Shown in pieces: positions 39,085 through 52,866 of a stretch of 64,000 bases of DNA. Every line of letters begins with the position of its first letter. Position 1 is the stretch's first letter. The DNA is from Octopus sinensis. Taxonomy: Eukaryota. The translations under genes and the position numbers were made by a program. Below the pieces are notes generated by a model. It saw only the letters and a program-made list of their open reading frames with translations, was not told the origin of the DNA and made no database searches. Where the stretch lies: contig NC_043011.1 in assembly GCF_006345805.1 (NCBI RefSeq), positions 65,980,464 through 66,044,463 on the forward strand. The letters are read 5' to 3'.

Positions 39085-41280
39085 TGGTGGTGAGGCTTTA
39101 ATCTTGTCATTAGATCCTGTCATTATTTTTCTTGATTTCCTATCTACTTTGGTCAGTTCATTTCGTGTCCAGTTAAGGATATTGGAGCTGTAACTTATAA
39201 CTGGGACAGCTAAAGTGTTAATAACTATTATCTTGTTTTTAGCACTGAGCTCTGTAGTTAGTATTGATCTAAATCGTCTATACTATTCTTTTTTTATTTT
39301 CTCTTTCATTTGTGTGTGTTGTGCCTTATCTAGTTCATGGATTCCTAAGTATCTTTAAGTTTGGCTTTGTTCTAATTCTTTTATTTCATTGGTTTTATCT
39401 AGTGTGATGTTGTTACTCTTAACTAGTTTTCCTCTTTTCATGGTTACTTTGGCGCATTTTTCTAATCCAAATTTCATATCTATTTCTTTGGTAAATCCAA
39501 GAACTTTCTTTAATAGGGTTTCCAGCTGTTTGTCATTTGCAGCGTATAGTTTTAGGTCATCCATATATAAAAGGTGGCTGATCGTTTTGCCGTAACATTT
39601 ATATCCGTATCCAGTTCAATTTAGCATATCAGATAGAGGTGACAGTGCCAAGCAGAAAAGGAGTGGAGAGAGCGTGCCTCCCTGGAATATTCCTCTTCTA
39701 ATGGGGATGTTTTTGGTTTTCATGAGTCCCTCTTTTGTTTGGAGCTGTAGTACTGTTTGCCATTTATACATAGAGTGCCCTATGAATGTTATTATTGTTG
39801 GTGCTACTTTGTTAATGTCCAGTGCTTCGAGGATCCATGTGTGGGGGACGCTATATAAACACCTTTTTTAGTCGATCCGGGCCATACTGAGGCCGTTCTT
39901 CTTTCTGCGGTTGTCTTCAGTTATGGCTTTATTAATCATTAGTAGATCTTTACAGCCATATGAGCCTTTGCTGCATCCTTTCTGCTCTTCTGGAAACAGG
40001 TTGCTTTCGTCCAGGTGCTTGTTCAACCTGTGCGATATCACTGCAGTAAATGCCTTGTGCATTGTAGGGAGACAGGTTATTTATCTGTAGTTTTCTGGTT
40101 TTGCTGTCTCATTTGATTTGGGAATTAAGATGGTTTTCCCCTTCGTGAGCCAGTCAGGCATTGACTCTGGCTCTGCTAGTATGTTGTTAAAGTTTTCAGC
40201 CAGCTTTTTGTGCATTCCTCTTAGATATTTCGACCAGAAGTTGGGGATCTTGTCATGCCCAGATGCCTTCCAGTTGCTTAGACTTTGCAGTGCCTGGGTG
40301 TCCTCTTCAGTTGTTATGGGGGTCCAATGTTGCTCAGATGCTGAGTTTGTTGTTTTGATACTCCTTTTTTTTCGTGGTTCGTTCGCCAACCATATTTCTC
40401 TCCAGAATTCTTCCACTTCTTCAGCCGTTGGTGCTGCAGTGATTTCTATTTTCTTTTTGCCAAGTTCTTGGTAGAATTTTTGGGGTTGGAGTTGAATTTT
40501 TGTTTTGTTCAAAGAAGAGATGGCGCTTCTCGTACCGGCGGATCCTTTGTGCTTTGGCGAGGATATCTTGCTTCAGCTTTTTTTTATCTCAGGTAAATCT
40601 TTTTCTGTGATGTTATATTTGCGGAGTATTTTTGTTTTCTTTTTGTTGCTCAGTAGCGTTGATTGTTTGCTGATTTCATTAACAATCGACAGATCTTTTC
40701 TCATTTTTGTTATTTTGTTTTGGATGTTATTTATCCACATGGTTCGTTTGGGTGGTGGTACTCCTGTTTGGGCGGGTTTGGGTGAGTATCCAGCTTTATT
40801 TGTGGCTGCAGTGATTGCTGCGTATACTAAGTCATTTAGCTCAGTGATATCGCTTTTTGTTTCAATGGCTATTCCGTGACGTCTAGGTTTATGCTGTTTA
40901 TAATTGGTGTTGTTGTTTCGTCTATTTTGATTTTTGAGAGGTATGGTCGGTGGTCCATTTTGAGCTCTGTGGTTTTTAGTTCTTTGCTTATTTTACTTTT
41001 TATATTATCATAATCATCAGGCTCCCCTTCGTTGTTTCTAGGCTTTAGATCTGTGTAGTTTTCTTTCTTATTTATACGTTTGTTTACCGTGTTTTGGCTT
41101 GCTGTTTGCCGTGTATTATTATGCATCCATACGGTCTGGGTTTGTTGTTTTTTGTTTACATCGTTTTTGTTGGAAATGTTACGTTTGTCTTCGAGTTTTA
41201 CTGTTTTAGTGTTCATATTATTGGGCAATGTTGTGTGGCTTCTATCTACATTTTTCTTAGTGTATATTTTCTTTTAGATG
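39085..41280 (-). mobile_element. R4/Dong-type fragment, family B (N-terminal region and RT), degenerate
   Basis: KASGHDKIPNFW, PDWLTKGKTILIPK, EEQKGC, YMDDLKLYA. Close homolog of 43400-44717. Confidence 0.88.
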
Positions 41281-41337
41281 TTCTATTTCTATTTCTGATA
41301 TTATTATTATTATTAATATTATAATTATTATTATTAC

Positions 41338-42368
41338 TTTTTTTTTTCTTCTTTCAAATTTGCTTCCATTTCTTGCCGAGTGTCTTCACGACTCCTAGGG
41401 CAAAGAAAATCATAGTATACATTGGTAGGCCATTAAACCAAAATCAATACTTCGTACATTTTTTTTATTTTTAAGTTAAATTAAAATACATGAGCAGCAA
41501 CAGTTCTCACATCGACAATGCTCTTCTCAATACGTGTGATGTACCAGTTAAGACAATCTTTTGCACTTCTTGCAGGGATGGTAAGCCAGAGATCATTCTC
41601 ATATAATTTTCGGTTCCCTTCTTGATCATTCCTAGTGCTCCTACTATCACTGGTATTGTAACCGCCCTGAGATGCCACATTTTCTCAATTTCAATGAGTA
41701 AGTCTTTATAGTTTCTGAGCTTGTCAAACTCTTTCGCTGAGATATTATGATCACTGGGGATGCTCATGTCGATCAATAAGCAAACTTTATTGTTTTGGTC
41801 TTTCACAACAATATCTGGTTTATTGGCCTTGATGGTTCTGTCTGTATGTACTGGAAAGTCCCACAGAATGGTTACATTTTCTCCTTCAGTTACAGACTAA
41901 GGGTGATGATAATACCAATTGTCGGCAGTTTTGATATTGTAATGCCGACTTATTAGCCAGTGGAGATATTGGCCAACTCTGTCATGTCTTAATTTATACT
42001 CCACTGGCGCTAAGACTTTACATCCAGAGATTAGGTGGTCCACTGTTTCAATCATATCGTTGCAGAATCGGCATTTTGGGTCCGCTCCATTTTTCATCAC
42101 ATTGGTCTGGTAGTTCCGGGTTAATAGGCTTTGATCTTTAGCAGCCAGGATGAAACCTTCGTTCTCTGCTTTTAGCCCTGAGCTCCGTATCCACTGATGG
42201 GTTTGCTTCTGGTCAACACCAGCTTGTTTGCTGCGGGTCACATATTTGCCGTGCAGAGGTTTCTCCTCCCACCTATCAGCCAATTGCTCGTGCGCTTTTT
42301 TCATTGCCATCATTTTCACCTTCTTTGCAACAATAGTTGCCGTACTTCCCTCAGGTTGTTCAGTTTGG

Positions 42369-42370
<2 letters not shown>
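41338..42370 (-). mobile_element. R4/Dong-type fragment, family A (CCHC, RLE, 3' UTR)
   Basis: CRFCNDMIETVDHLISGC, RHDRVG, LIDMSIPSD. Homologous to 13389-14400. Confidence 0.9.

Positions 42371-42459
<89 letters not shown>
42371..42459. repeat. (ATT)n microsatellite
   Basis: Directly visible. Confidence 0.97.
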
Positions 42460-42461
<2 letters not shown>

Positions 42462-44717
42462 TAGTTTTATTTTTATAGCGTGCTTTCACTTCACTACCGA
42501 GCGCAACTCTGTGTGCCTTGGGTATGTGCTTTGATTTGTTGTGATTCTCTGATGGTTATTGTATGGAAAGTGTTCTGCGTAGGATGTGTGCAGTGCCTAG
42601 TAGTGCAATTTTCTGTATGTTATATGTGTTTGTATGTCCTGGTGTTTTTGTTATGTATTAGTCTGAATATTTTTTATCATGCCTAATTCACCTACTATGA
42701 TAGGAATTGTTTCTGTTTTCAGGTTCCACATTCCTCTATTTCCAGGTCCTCTATTTCCAGGTCTTTGTATTTTGAGAGTTTCTCCATTTCTTTTAGAGAC
42801 ACGTTGTCATCTACCGGTATTGATACATCAATTAGAAAGCTTTTTTTTTCTTCATGATCTCTGACAACTATATCTGGTCTCTTGGCCTTGATTTCTCTAT
42901 CTGTGTGTATCGGCATATCCCAGAGTATGGTTGCTTTCTCGTTTTCTTTGACCTTTTCTGGTGTGTGCTTATATCATCTTTTTTCTGTTGTTATTCCATA
43001 ATGTTGGCATAGCTTCCAATGTATGTAGGATCCAACTCTGTCATGTCTGTGAATATATTCCTTCTTAGCCGGGACTGGGCAGCTAGAGATAATATGATTT
43101 ATTGTGTCTTGTCCATCTCCACATATTCTGCAGTTACTTGTAATATTTCTTTTCATTATATGTTTTTGGTAATTTCTGGTGGGGCGGCTTTGGTCTTGTG
43201 CTGCAATTAAAAATCCCTCTGTTTCTGCTTTGAGTCCTGAGCTTCTCAACCATTGCTGGGATTTTTCTTTGTCTATTTCTTTTGCGTTTAGTTTAATGCA
43301 GTATTTACCATGAAGGGGCTTTTCTTGCCATCGTTTTATCATGGCTCGTTGCTGTTCTATTTTTAGTTTGGATTTCATCTGTTTTATAGCTTTTGTTGTT
43401 TCTTCATCATCCTATCTATTTTGGACAGTTCATTTCGTGTCCAGTTAAGGATATTGTAGCTGTAACTTATAACTTGGACAGCTAAAGTGTTGATACCTAT
43501 TATCTTGTTCTTAGCATTGAGCTCTGTTTTTAGTATTGATCTAACTCGTCTATAATATTCTTTTTTTATTTTCTCTTTCATTTGTGTGTGTTGTGTATTA
43601 TCTAGTTCATGGATTCCTAAGTATTTGTAAGTTTGGCTTGGGTCTAATTCTTTTATTTCATTGGTTTTATCTAGTGTGATGTTGTTACTCTTAACTAGTT
43701 TTCCTCTTTTCATGGTTACTTTGGCGCATTTTTCTAATCCAAATTTCATATCTATTTCTTTGGTAAATCCATGAACTGTCTTTAATAGTGTTTCCAGCTG
43801 TTTGTCATTTGCAGCGTATAGTTTTAGGTCATCCATATATAAAAGGTGGCTGATCGTTTTGCCGTAACATTTATATCCGCATCCAGTTCTATTTAGCATA
43901 TCAGATAGAGGTGACAGTGCCAAGCAGAAAAGGAGAGGAGAGGGCGTGTCTCCCTGGAATATTCCTCTTCTAATGGGGACGTCTTTGGTTTTCATGAGTC
44001 CCTCTCTTGTTTGGAGGTGTAGGACTGTTTGCCATTTATTCATAGAGTGCTCTATGAATTTTATGATTGTTGGTGCTACTTTGTTAATGGCTAGTGTTTC
44101 GAGGATCCATGTGGGGGGGATGCTATCAAACGCCTTTTTGTTGTCAAAACAGGCCATACTGAGGCCTTTCTTCTTTCTGTGGCTGTCTTCAGTTACGGCT
44201 TTATTAATCATTAGTTGATCTTTACAGCCATATGAGCCCTTGCGGCATCCTTTCTGCTCTTCTGGGAACAGTTTGTTTTCGTCCAGGTGCTTGTTCAGCC
44301 TTTGCGATATCACTGCAGTAAATGCCTTGAACATAGTAGGGAGGCAGGTTATTGGTCTGTAGTTTTCTGGTTTTGTTGTTTCATTTGATTTGGGAATTAA
44401 GATGGTTTTCCCCTTCGTGAGCCATTCAGGCATTGTCTCTGGCTCTGCTAGTATGCTGTTAAAGTTTTCAGCCAGCTTTTTGTGCATTCCTGTTAGATAT
44501 TTCAACCAGAAGTTGGGGATCTTGTCATGCCCAGGTGCCTTCCAGTTGCTTAGTTTCTGCAGTGCCTGGGTGACCTCTTCAGTTTTTATGGGGGTCGAAA
44601 GTTGTTCAGATGCCGAGTTTGTTATTTTCATACTCCTTTTCTTTTGGCTGTTCGTTCGCCGACCATATTTCTTTCCAGAATTCTTCCAATTCTTCTGCCG
44701 TTGGTGCTGCAGTGACT
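42460..44717 (-). mobile_element. R4/Dong-type element, family B, 5'-truncated with internal deletion near 43380
   Basis: The 415-aa RT ORF 43384-44631 contains NYRPITCL, GIFQGDTPSPLLF and YMDD. CCHC and RLE follow (42719-43378). (ATT)n lies on both sides. Confidence 0.93.
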
Positions 44718-44719
44718 TC

Positions 44720-44787
<68 letters not shown>
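44718..44787. repeat. (ATT)n microsatellite
   Basis: Directly visible. Confidence 0.97.
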
Positions 44788-44788
<1 letters not shown>

Positions 44789-45844
44789 GGTTATAATTAA
44801 TTTTATAATGTAATATATGTGTGTATGCGCGCGTGTGTATTTATACGTATGTATATATTTAGGCAATGATTTAAACAAGAAATCTGATCACACTGTGTTG
44901 ATATTGTCGAAGCTTTTGTAAATGTAGAATCAACTGGAAACACTATTTCAGAATTTTATTGCCTTGGAAAGAAACTTCAATTTCTGCTTCAACATAGTTT
45001 ACGTCGTTCTTTAGAAACTTATCTCAGTGTAAAGTCTCGGTGACACTATAGTTTAATTTAAATAATTGACAAGGGCTGGACTAGCTTTCGCCAACACGAG
45101 AGCTCCTCCTGCGGTATCTTTAATCGTTGACGACAACACTATATCTCTTCGGGATTTCCGCGCTTGTTTTCGGGTCTCTGGCAAGTTTCAGTAAGAAATA
45201 CAACAGTTTTGACAAGAAATGTGTTCCATTTCTATTTCACCTCTGTCGAAAGCAAAGAAGTTAAATTGATGAAAATATCGATATTTCACTGGTAGTTATA
45301 CTCATTACAATTGTGTTCCGTACCAATTTTCTTCTGCTGAAGACCGTACTCATTTAGGTGCAAAAGAATAACATCAGGAAATAAATGTAATATTATATGA
45401 CGCCAAACTCGTGTATGCATCTCATCAAAATACTTTGAATGTATATCAATAAATGTTCTATTCGATTCTTTTTACAGATGAAATTTCAGTCAGTATTCAC
45501 CGCTGTACTTGTGGTTACATTACAAATGCATAATTAAATAAAGACCACCATACAATGATAACCTGAGTGCCTTATTTTATAGTTATAATTAAGGCTCTAA
45601 ACTTGTATGTCTAAAATGTGTCATAAACATATATAATTACAGGAATCATGTTACGTTTTCTTTGTTCCACACTTTCTTAAACTTATGATATCACCAACAT
45701 GGACGGAATATAATGTTGAACATTATACTTTAGAAACTACAACTTATAGCCACAATTTCCATAATAATATTAACGGTGGTATGGAACAGCTTTTAGTTTT
45801 ATTAAAATAATAACGCAATGGTACATAAATACGTTCACATACGC

Positions 45845-45880
<36 letters not shown>

Positions 45881-46877
45881 GCACCACACATATAAACGTC
45901 TCCACCTTGAAAACGTATCCCACACGATGATATATATATATATATATTAGGGAGTAAATCGTAGTTTTTACTTTATAATTAGTAGATTTTATCTCTACGT
46001 TTATTTGTAAGACTTTACTTAGCCAAAGTAATATGTAGATCGTTAACAGTTATAAGAGTTCTTTTTTAAAGTTAGGTTTCATGTATATACATGTATTGAT
46101 AGCATAAAGTTTAGTCTTAAATAACTATATTTGTTGATAGTTATGTTAAATATTTCATAATTGTCTTTTCAATTGATTATTGGTAGTAGCTCTTTTTCCT
46201 GTGATAAATATATTAGTAGTATTTATTGGATAATATATAACTACGGATTGATTATTTCATTAAGTATTATATTATTTTAGTTTAGTTCTTAATTATACGC
46301 TTTTTATAAGTTATTAATTAGCCAACGAGATATATTGATCGTTAAGTAGTTATAGCGTTCTTTTAAGATAGGCTGTTTGTTTACGATTAGATTTTTCATC
46401 TTTAATCTTTCAATATATTTATAAGTAATAATGTGGAATTAATTTATCAGGTCGTTATTATACGTGCATTTATATTTATTGATAGAGATAATTATAGAGA
46501 TTATTTCTGATATTTATATACATTTATATATATTCATTGATAATTTAGTTATTATTCAAATATTATATAAGTATTTGACGTGAAATTATATTTAATAATA
46601 TGAATAGTGATTTTACTTTCATTCTTTTTTTGTTAAATATGTAGGTAATTAGATATGGACTATAACTGATGTTAGATTATTTGTGGGTTACTTACCTTAA
46701 AAATTAATACTTAAAAATTAATAATTAATGTTTAACATTATAATCGATGGTATGACATAATCATAATCGTTAAGTTTATAGTTTGATAATAGAGATTTCT
46801 ATAAGAAAAATTATTATTTTATTTATTGCTTAAATAATATTGTTTAAATAATTCTGATTATTTAATTAAATATTATA

Positions 46878-46978
46878 ATTAACTTGAAGATTGACTATAA
46901 CCATAATTCGAATTATTAATTGAACTTAAATTATTGTTATTCGAATTAGGTTATGGTCATGAGACGATCGTAGTGGTT
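46878..46978 (+). ncRNA. Degenerate hammerhead (TTGAAGA...GAGAC) in the AT-rich element
   Basis: Homolog of 32116-32216 with a well-paired long stem II (TGACTATAACC/GGTTATGGTCA) but two core changes. Confidence 0.5.
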
Positions 46979-47092
46979 TTAATATTCATCTTAAGTTAAA
47001 CTTTTTAATACTTTTTGATAATTATATATATATATATATATATATTTATAAAAGAAAAAAAATTAAATTAAAATATATACACACACACACAC

Positions 47093-47145
<53 letters not shown>

Positions 47146-48822
47146 TATATATATATTTATATGTATGTATATAGAGTGCGAGTGAAAAGTCGTACTCAGT
47201 TTCTCGGTAAACATGATCGTCTTTGTTATCTTTCAGATTATCATTGACTGTTTTGAATCTTACGGAGTCTGGATCAAGTATCATATTGTTCACATTCTGT
47301 GACATCCCAACCCGTTCAACAAGATTTTGTAGTCAATTAATTTCCAAACTAGAAATCATATGTTTGAAAATTAAAACAGGAGTTGAGTGCTTTTCTTGTT
47401 GACTCAAACTTCAATATGCATTTGTCCCCCTTATTCATTCGAAAACTGGGTTGCCAGTTCTGACTAATGGGGCACCTAAATATTCAGTAACTTTTCGGCT
47501 ACCAATCAAACTTTCTTTTTATTTACGTATTTGCATTGCAAAAAATTAACATTATCATCATTTTAAAACGATATTTTACACTACAACGACGATGATGTCA
47601 CATTTTCTATGTGAGAGTGTGTATGTGTTTCTCAGTGTGTGAGTTTGTGCGTTCATTACAAACGTTAGTTCGATTACCGTCAAGTATTTGTGCTTGATGG
47701 CGTACGTTTGATACACACACATACATATATCTTCGTATAAGTATGTTACCGATTGTCAGAATCTACGTGTGTGCGAGTGTATATGTGATAATTGTTATGA
47801 AACGAGCCGTTTGTTAAGCGTTTATTGTAGTTGAGTTCTGGACGCTGTACGAAAAACTGCGTTGACAGTTAACTACCGCAGTTTGTCTAATATGCAGGAT
47901 GAAGCAACTGGTTAACTGTAAGTTTATAATAGTTGCACCAGCCTATTTGAGACAGACAATCTATAGCTTACGGTGTACTGAAACACGGTGCAGAAACAAG
48001 AAAACAAGGTACTTTAGGTAGACGGTATGCAGCATCTGGGAACGATTAGGCGACACTTTCGAAAGCTGAAGGGAGCAAACAGCTAATCAGTGCTCCGCAA
48101 AGATGCTCAAGTAGAATATAGAATTTCGGTTACTATTATAGAGATGAAGGTATTATGAACGCATATAACAAACAAGACATTTAGACGGATTGCGAAGGCC
48201 AAACACATGGTAATATACAAAGAGAACTTCAACAGCAAACGTGAACAGAACAATACACTCCCCACCATACACCACAAAGCGCGACAACTAAAGACAGGAG
48301 ATAAAGCGAAACAGATACAAACAGTATCATATATACATGAAAGACAAATATGCACGTGAATATAGTGCAATATAAAAATTAGGGATAAATAAGGAAAGAA
48401 ATTAAGAAAAAAATTAAATACAGGGAACGGATTCGCGCAATATAGTAAGCTAAACCATATACACACGAACGCCCATAAAATAAATTCCCAAACGGCCGAA
48501 CCATATGGAAATCAAGTACGATAATTAGAATGGTAACAACATGGACGAACAACCACTCACAGAATGATACAAGAACAGCATCTAAATAAGCGTCCAGAAT
48601 TGCAGAGAAACAGGAGAGCAAGTGTAGCAAAGTGGGGGTGAACATACCAAATATTTGTACCACTAAAAACAACGAGAATAAGGTATACAAACACTGTTAT
48701 ATGGAGCACGGTCAGAAATAATAGAGTAGGGATGACCAATCACACAGAAACAAATACACGTAGAAAACAGAGAGACACACGTAGATAGGCGCACGCACAA
48801 ACACACATATACATATATATTT

Positions 48823-48855
<33 letters not shown>

Positions 48856-48856
48856 G

Positions 48857-48918
<62 letters not shown>

Positions 48919-49525
48919 GTATATAGCGAGCCCGTACCCTTTTTTGTCTTGTATGTAAGTAGATATTTTCTTTAAACTTGGAACTACTCTATAACACTGT
49001 CTCTCTCTCCCCCCTCTCCTACATTTCTCTGCCTTTCACATTTTGCACTCCACTTTGATCTGTCTCTTTCTCTCTCTCTCTCTCTCTCGCTCTCTCTCTC
49101 GTCCTCCTTTGTTCCTTGTTCCCCTTTTTTCTCTCTTCCTCTGTCCCTCTTTTCCTCTCTCTTCGCCTCAAGGCATTTTTCTAATGCGCCAGCTGAAGCT
49201 CACCCGTCTTGTCGAAAAGACGCCTGTCTGTGACGTCCTGTTTTTGTTATTATTATCATTATTATTTTTACGTATTTTTGTATTCTTATTCGTTCCCGTC
49301 CTTGTTTTGTATACATTCGAGGCTTTCTTCCAAGGAATATAATGCACTTGGCTTAGATTTTACTTTGGGGCTGGCCAGGTAGGAGCAATTTGAAGATTGC
49401 GAGAATGTTCCAGTTCTTGACTGAAGATTGAAGGCTTCGAATGTCCCGTCCGTGGTTTTTGTATAGTCTTCTAGTCTTCTAAATGTTTGCGTTCTTGTCC
49501 CAGTTTGTATTTTTTTTACATATAC

Positions 49526-49633
<108 letters not shown>

Positions 49634-51744
49634 ACATTTGCAAGTTCACACACTCACACACACAGAGATGGACAAATGTGAAAAACGTGCGATCTACATT
49701 CTGTAGGAGAAAAGATGATTACTAAAACAGAAGACGAAAATTTGTCTAGAGATTCCCGACCAACATTTCACACGGGATTCCAGCCAGTGTGGTCTCCAGT
49801 TGAAACCACCAAAACTGATTTGTCGGTGTTTATATATCCGGTCATGTACATTTTTGGTATAATATGTATGCTTTCAAAGTCGGCGAACTGGCAGAAACCT
49901 TAGGGACGGCGTGAGAAATTCTTATCAGTATTTCGTTTGTCTTTACGTTCTGATTTCAAATTCCGCCGAGGTCGATCTTGCCGTCCATCCTTTCGGGGTC
50001 GATAAATTAAGTACCAGTTCCGTATTGCAACCAATCTAATCGACTGCCCTCACCAACACCCCTGAAAATTTTCGGGCCGTGTGACTAGAGTAGGAAAGAA
50101 TACGTGTGTTTGTAGAGGCGGTGAACTGGCAGGACCGTTACGGTGAAATGATTAGCGGTATTTCGTTTGTCTTTACATTTTGCGTTCAAATCCTGTGGAC
50201 TGCGATCAATCTAATCGACTGCGCCCCTCCTCCATAAATTCCGGACCTTCGGCCTACAGTAGAAAATAATATTTATGCTTGCTTTTTATACTTCTCCTAT
50301 TGTTGTATACGAAAATCCTGTTGTGTGATCTCGAACTTTCACTTGTAGGGGTACTATTATTTTTAGGGTAACGGTGACTTGTAGTGTTAAGCCAATTTCG
50401 TTATTTACTTTCTTTGTTTGACTGTGTGTTGTTTTACAGCTGGTTGTTTTCAATGAATTTGTCTGAAATCGCTTATTTGGAAATGTAAATTTTCGTTGCC
50501 AATTTTTGTCAGTTGTCAAGTAAATTACAGCTACTTACATTTGGGGCCTTCTTTGATCATTCGAATTTCAGTTTACCTGTAAAGAATCAAAGCAGATAAT
50601 AGTAACAGGAGTTGAAAATAAGACATACACGATTTCATAACGTAGTCAGCTTATGAACATTCAACATACTATGTGCGTATATATGTATTTGTGGATTTAT
50701 GTGTATGTATGTATGTATGTATGTATGTATGTATGTATGTAGGGGACGGACGTGTATGTGTATCTTTGCAGCCTTATGTACTTATTGCAAGTTGAATAAG
50801 TCGTGTAAACCAGGGCATTAACTTCCCGAAAGGGCTGTCTCGAGATAAGAATCTGTTCCAAAGTTGTTGAATGAGTTAATAAATGATTTGTCAATAAATA
50901 TGGCATAGTTTCTAGTGGGACATTGACAAATGATGACAGGTTACACGCTTTTTGTTTCTTCTTGTCAATCTTGACAAGAGGCAGGAGACGTTCGGAATTG
51001 GCAAACCTCCTATGGTGTTCAGTTATTATAGCAGTCGCGACCAACTTCTAAGTTCCTTTATTCGCTATTTTTTTTTATCCGTGTTCTAAGTTTCGCACTG
51101 TGCTCAAAGTTCCTTATATTCGCTATTGTTTTTTCCGAAATACTGAATCAATACACCACATATTGTCATACACGTTGAAGTGAATCTGTATTGCTACAAG
51201 TAGAATCCGTGTTACATTTCTTGTAGTTGTCTCGAGCCAGAGTTCTTAATTATTCATTTATTACCTTATCTATTTTATATTACTGATATTATAATAAATT
51301 GGAAATGATTAGAATTGTCAGAAATCTCTTTAAGTTGATCGTACTACTGAATTTAATGAATATATATATCATTGCTTCAAACTCAGTTTCCTATATATAT
51401 AATTAAATATTATAGTTAACACTAGATTATATTAATACTTGTTTTTCATGACCGTAGATTTTATTTATATTTCAATTTCCTTCACCACTTATTTGTGCGT
51501 ATTCCAATAATTACGGGTTCCACGTTGATTATGTGCTCTTGTCGATGTGTATGTGCGTGTGAATACGCTCTTGTTCATCTATGTGTGTGTCTCTGTCTGA
51601 TGAAATAAGCTTTTCAAAAATTTACATACCATGAGTAATTGTATGCTTTTACAGGACGCACTTATAGAGAAGGCCTCCTGCTCTAATATACCGAATTATT
51701 GCCTTTTCTCATTGACTACATCTCCTATTGTGAATGCACAAATC

Positions 51745-52040
51745 ACAGTGGTTACAGTACTTCACTCACGATCATCATGCAGCGAGTTCGATTCCCTGCT
51801 GTGCTTTGTGTCCTTGTGCAAGACACTTCATGTCACGCTGTTCAATTTCACTCCCCTTGTTTTATGAGTAGTATCTGAATTTCAAAGGGCCAGCCGCTCT
51901 GTCACACTCTGTATGATGTCGAAGATCCCTGTGAACTTCGTTAAGATAACGGGTGTCTGTGGATGGCTCAGCCGCGTGAAACTTAACTTCACGAGCTGGC
52001 TGTTCCGTTGATCGGATCAAACCTATCCATCGTCGTTAGA
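51745..52040 (+). mobile_element. Second tRNA-type SINE family, degenerate
   Basis: A-box-like CAGTGGTT, B-box GAGTTCGATTCC, followed by GTGTCCTTGTGCAAGACACTT. Confidence 0.6.
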
Positions 52041-52229
52041 CGGAGCGATATACATACATATATAATACACATCCTCCGTCGCATAATACTAAATAATAAT
52101 CATGCATATATATATAATAAATCCCAAACTCGAACCAAACATACACACGTACACACACCACAATCAGAAACACACTAACACGCACGCAAACACATACACA
52201 CCCAAACACACACAAACACACACACACAA

Positions 52230-52297
<68 letters not shown>

Positions 52298-52309
52298 AAG
52301 TGTGCAATA

Positions 52310-52359
<50 letters not shown>

Positions 52360-52442
52360 ATTGGGAGAAGTATTTAATATGTGGATTTCTGCAGTGGTTA
52401 CTATCTAGGCGCGTGCCTTTCAGTACAGGTTCTTTTTGACAG

Positions 52443-52866
52443 ACAGACAATTTGCATTCTCAGGGATTCGATACCAAATATAAAGTAACAATAAACAGTT
52501 CCTTTCAAAGTGACATACAAAAAAATCCTTGTAAGTAACCACTCCACCCGGTAATTAAGGCTTGTATTTTAATCACAAAACACTTTCAGTATGTTTAAAC
52601 CTAGAGACATATATGAGATGCAAACGTCGTTATGACATAGTCATACATGTGATGAGATTTACGCATTAAACAAATACTGGGAGAAAGAAAATTCAAATTC
52701 ATCCGTTTTTGTTTCGACATAGAAATAGAAATAAAGCAAGGAATTTGTGAGTTTCAATTTCAACTAAAATTTGTTTGTTTCCAGGACCTACAAATATTTT
52801 CTCAAATGCTTTGAGCGTTGGCAAGATTACTTTCATGGAGTCTATCAAGCAAATCTTCAGCGCTGG
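52443..52866 (+). CDS. Orphan gene module A: exons 52443-52534 (92 nt) and 52785-52866 (82 nt)
   Basis: AG/GT boundaries and compatible phases give TDNLHSQGFDTKYKVTINSSFQSDIQKNPCK-TYKYFLKCFERWQDYFHGVYQANLQRW. Exon lengths match modules B1 and B2. The downstream microexon and last exon (about 53515-53665) look decayed. Confidence 0.55.
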
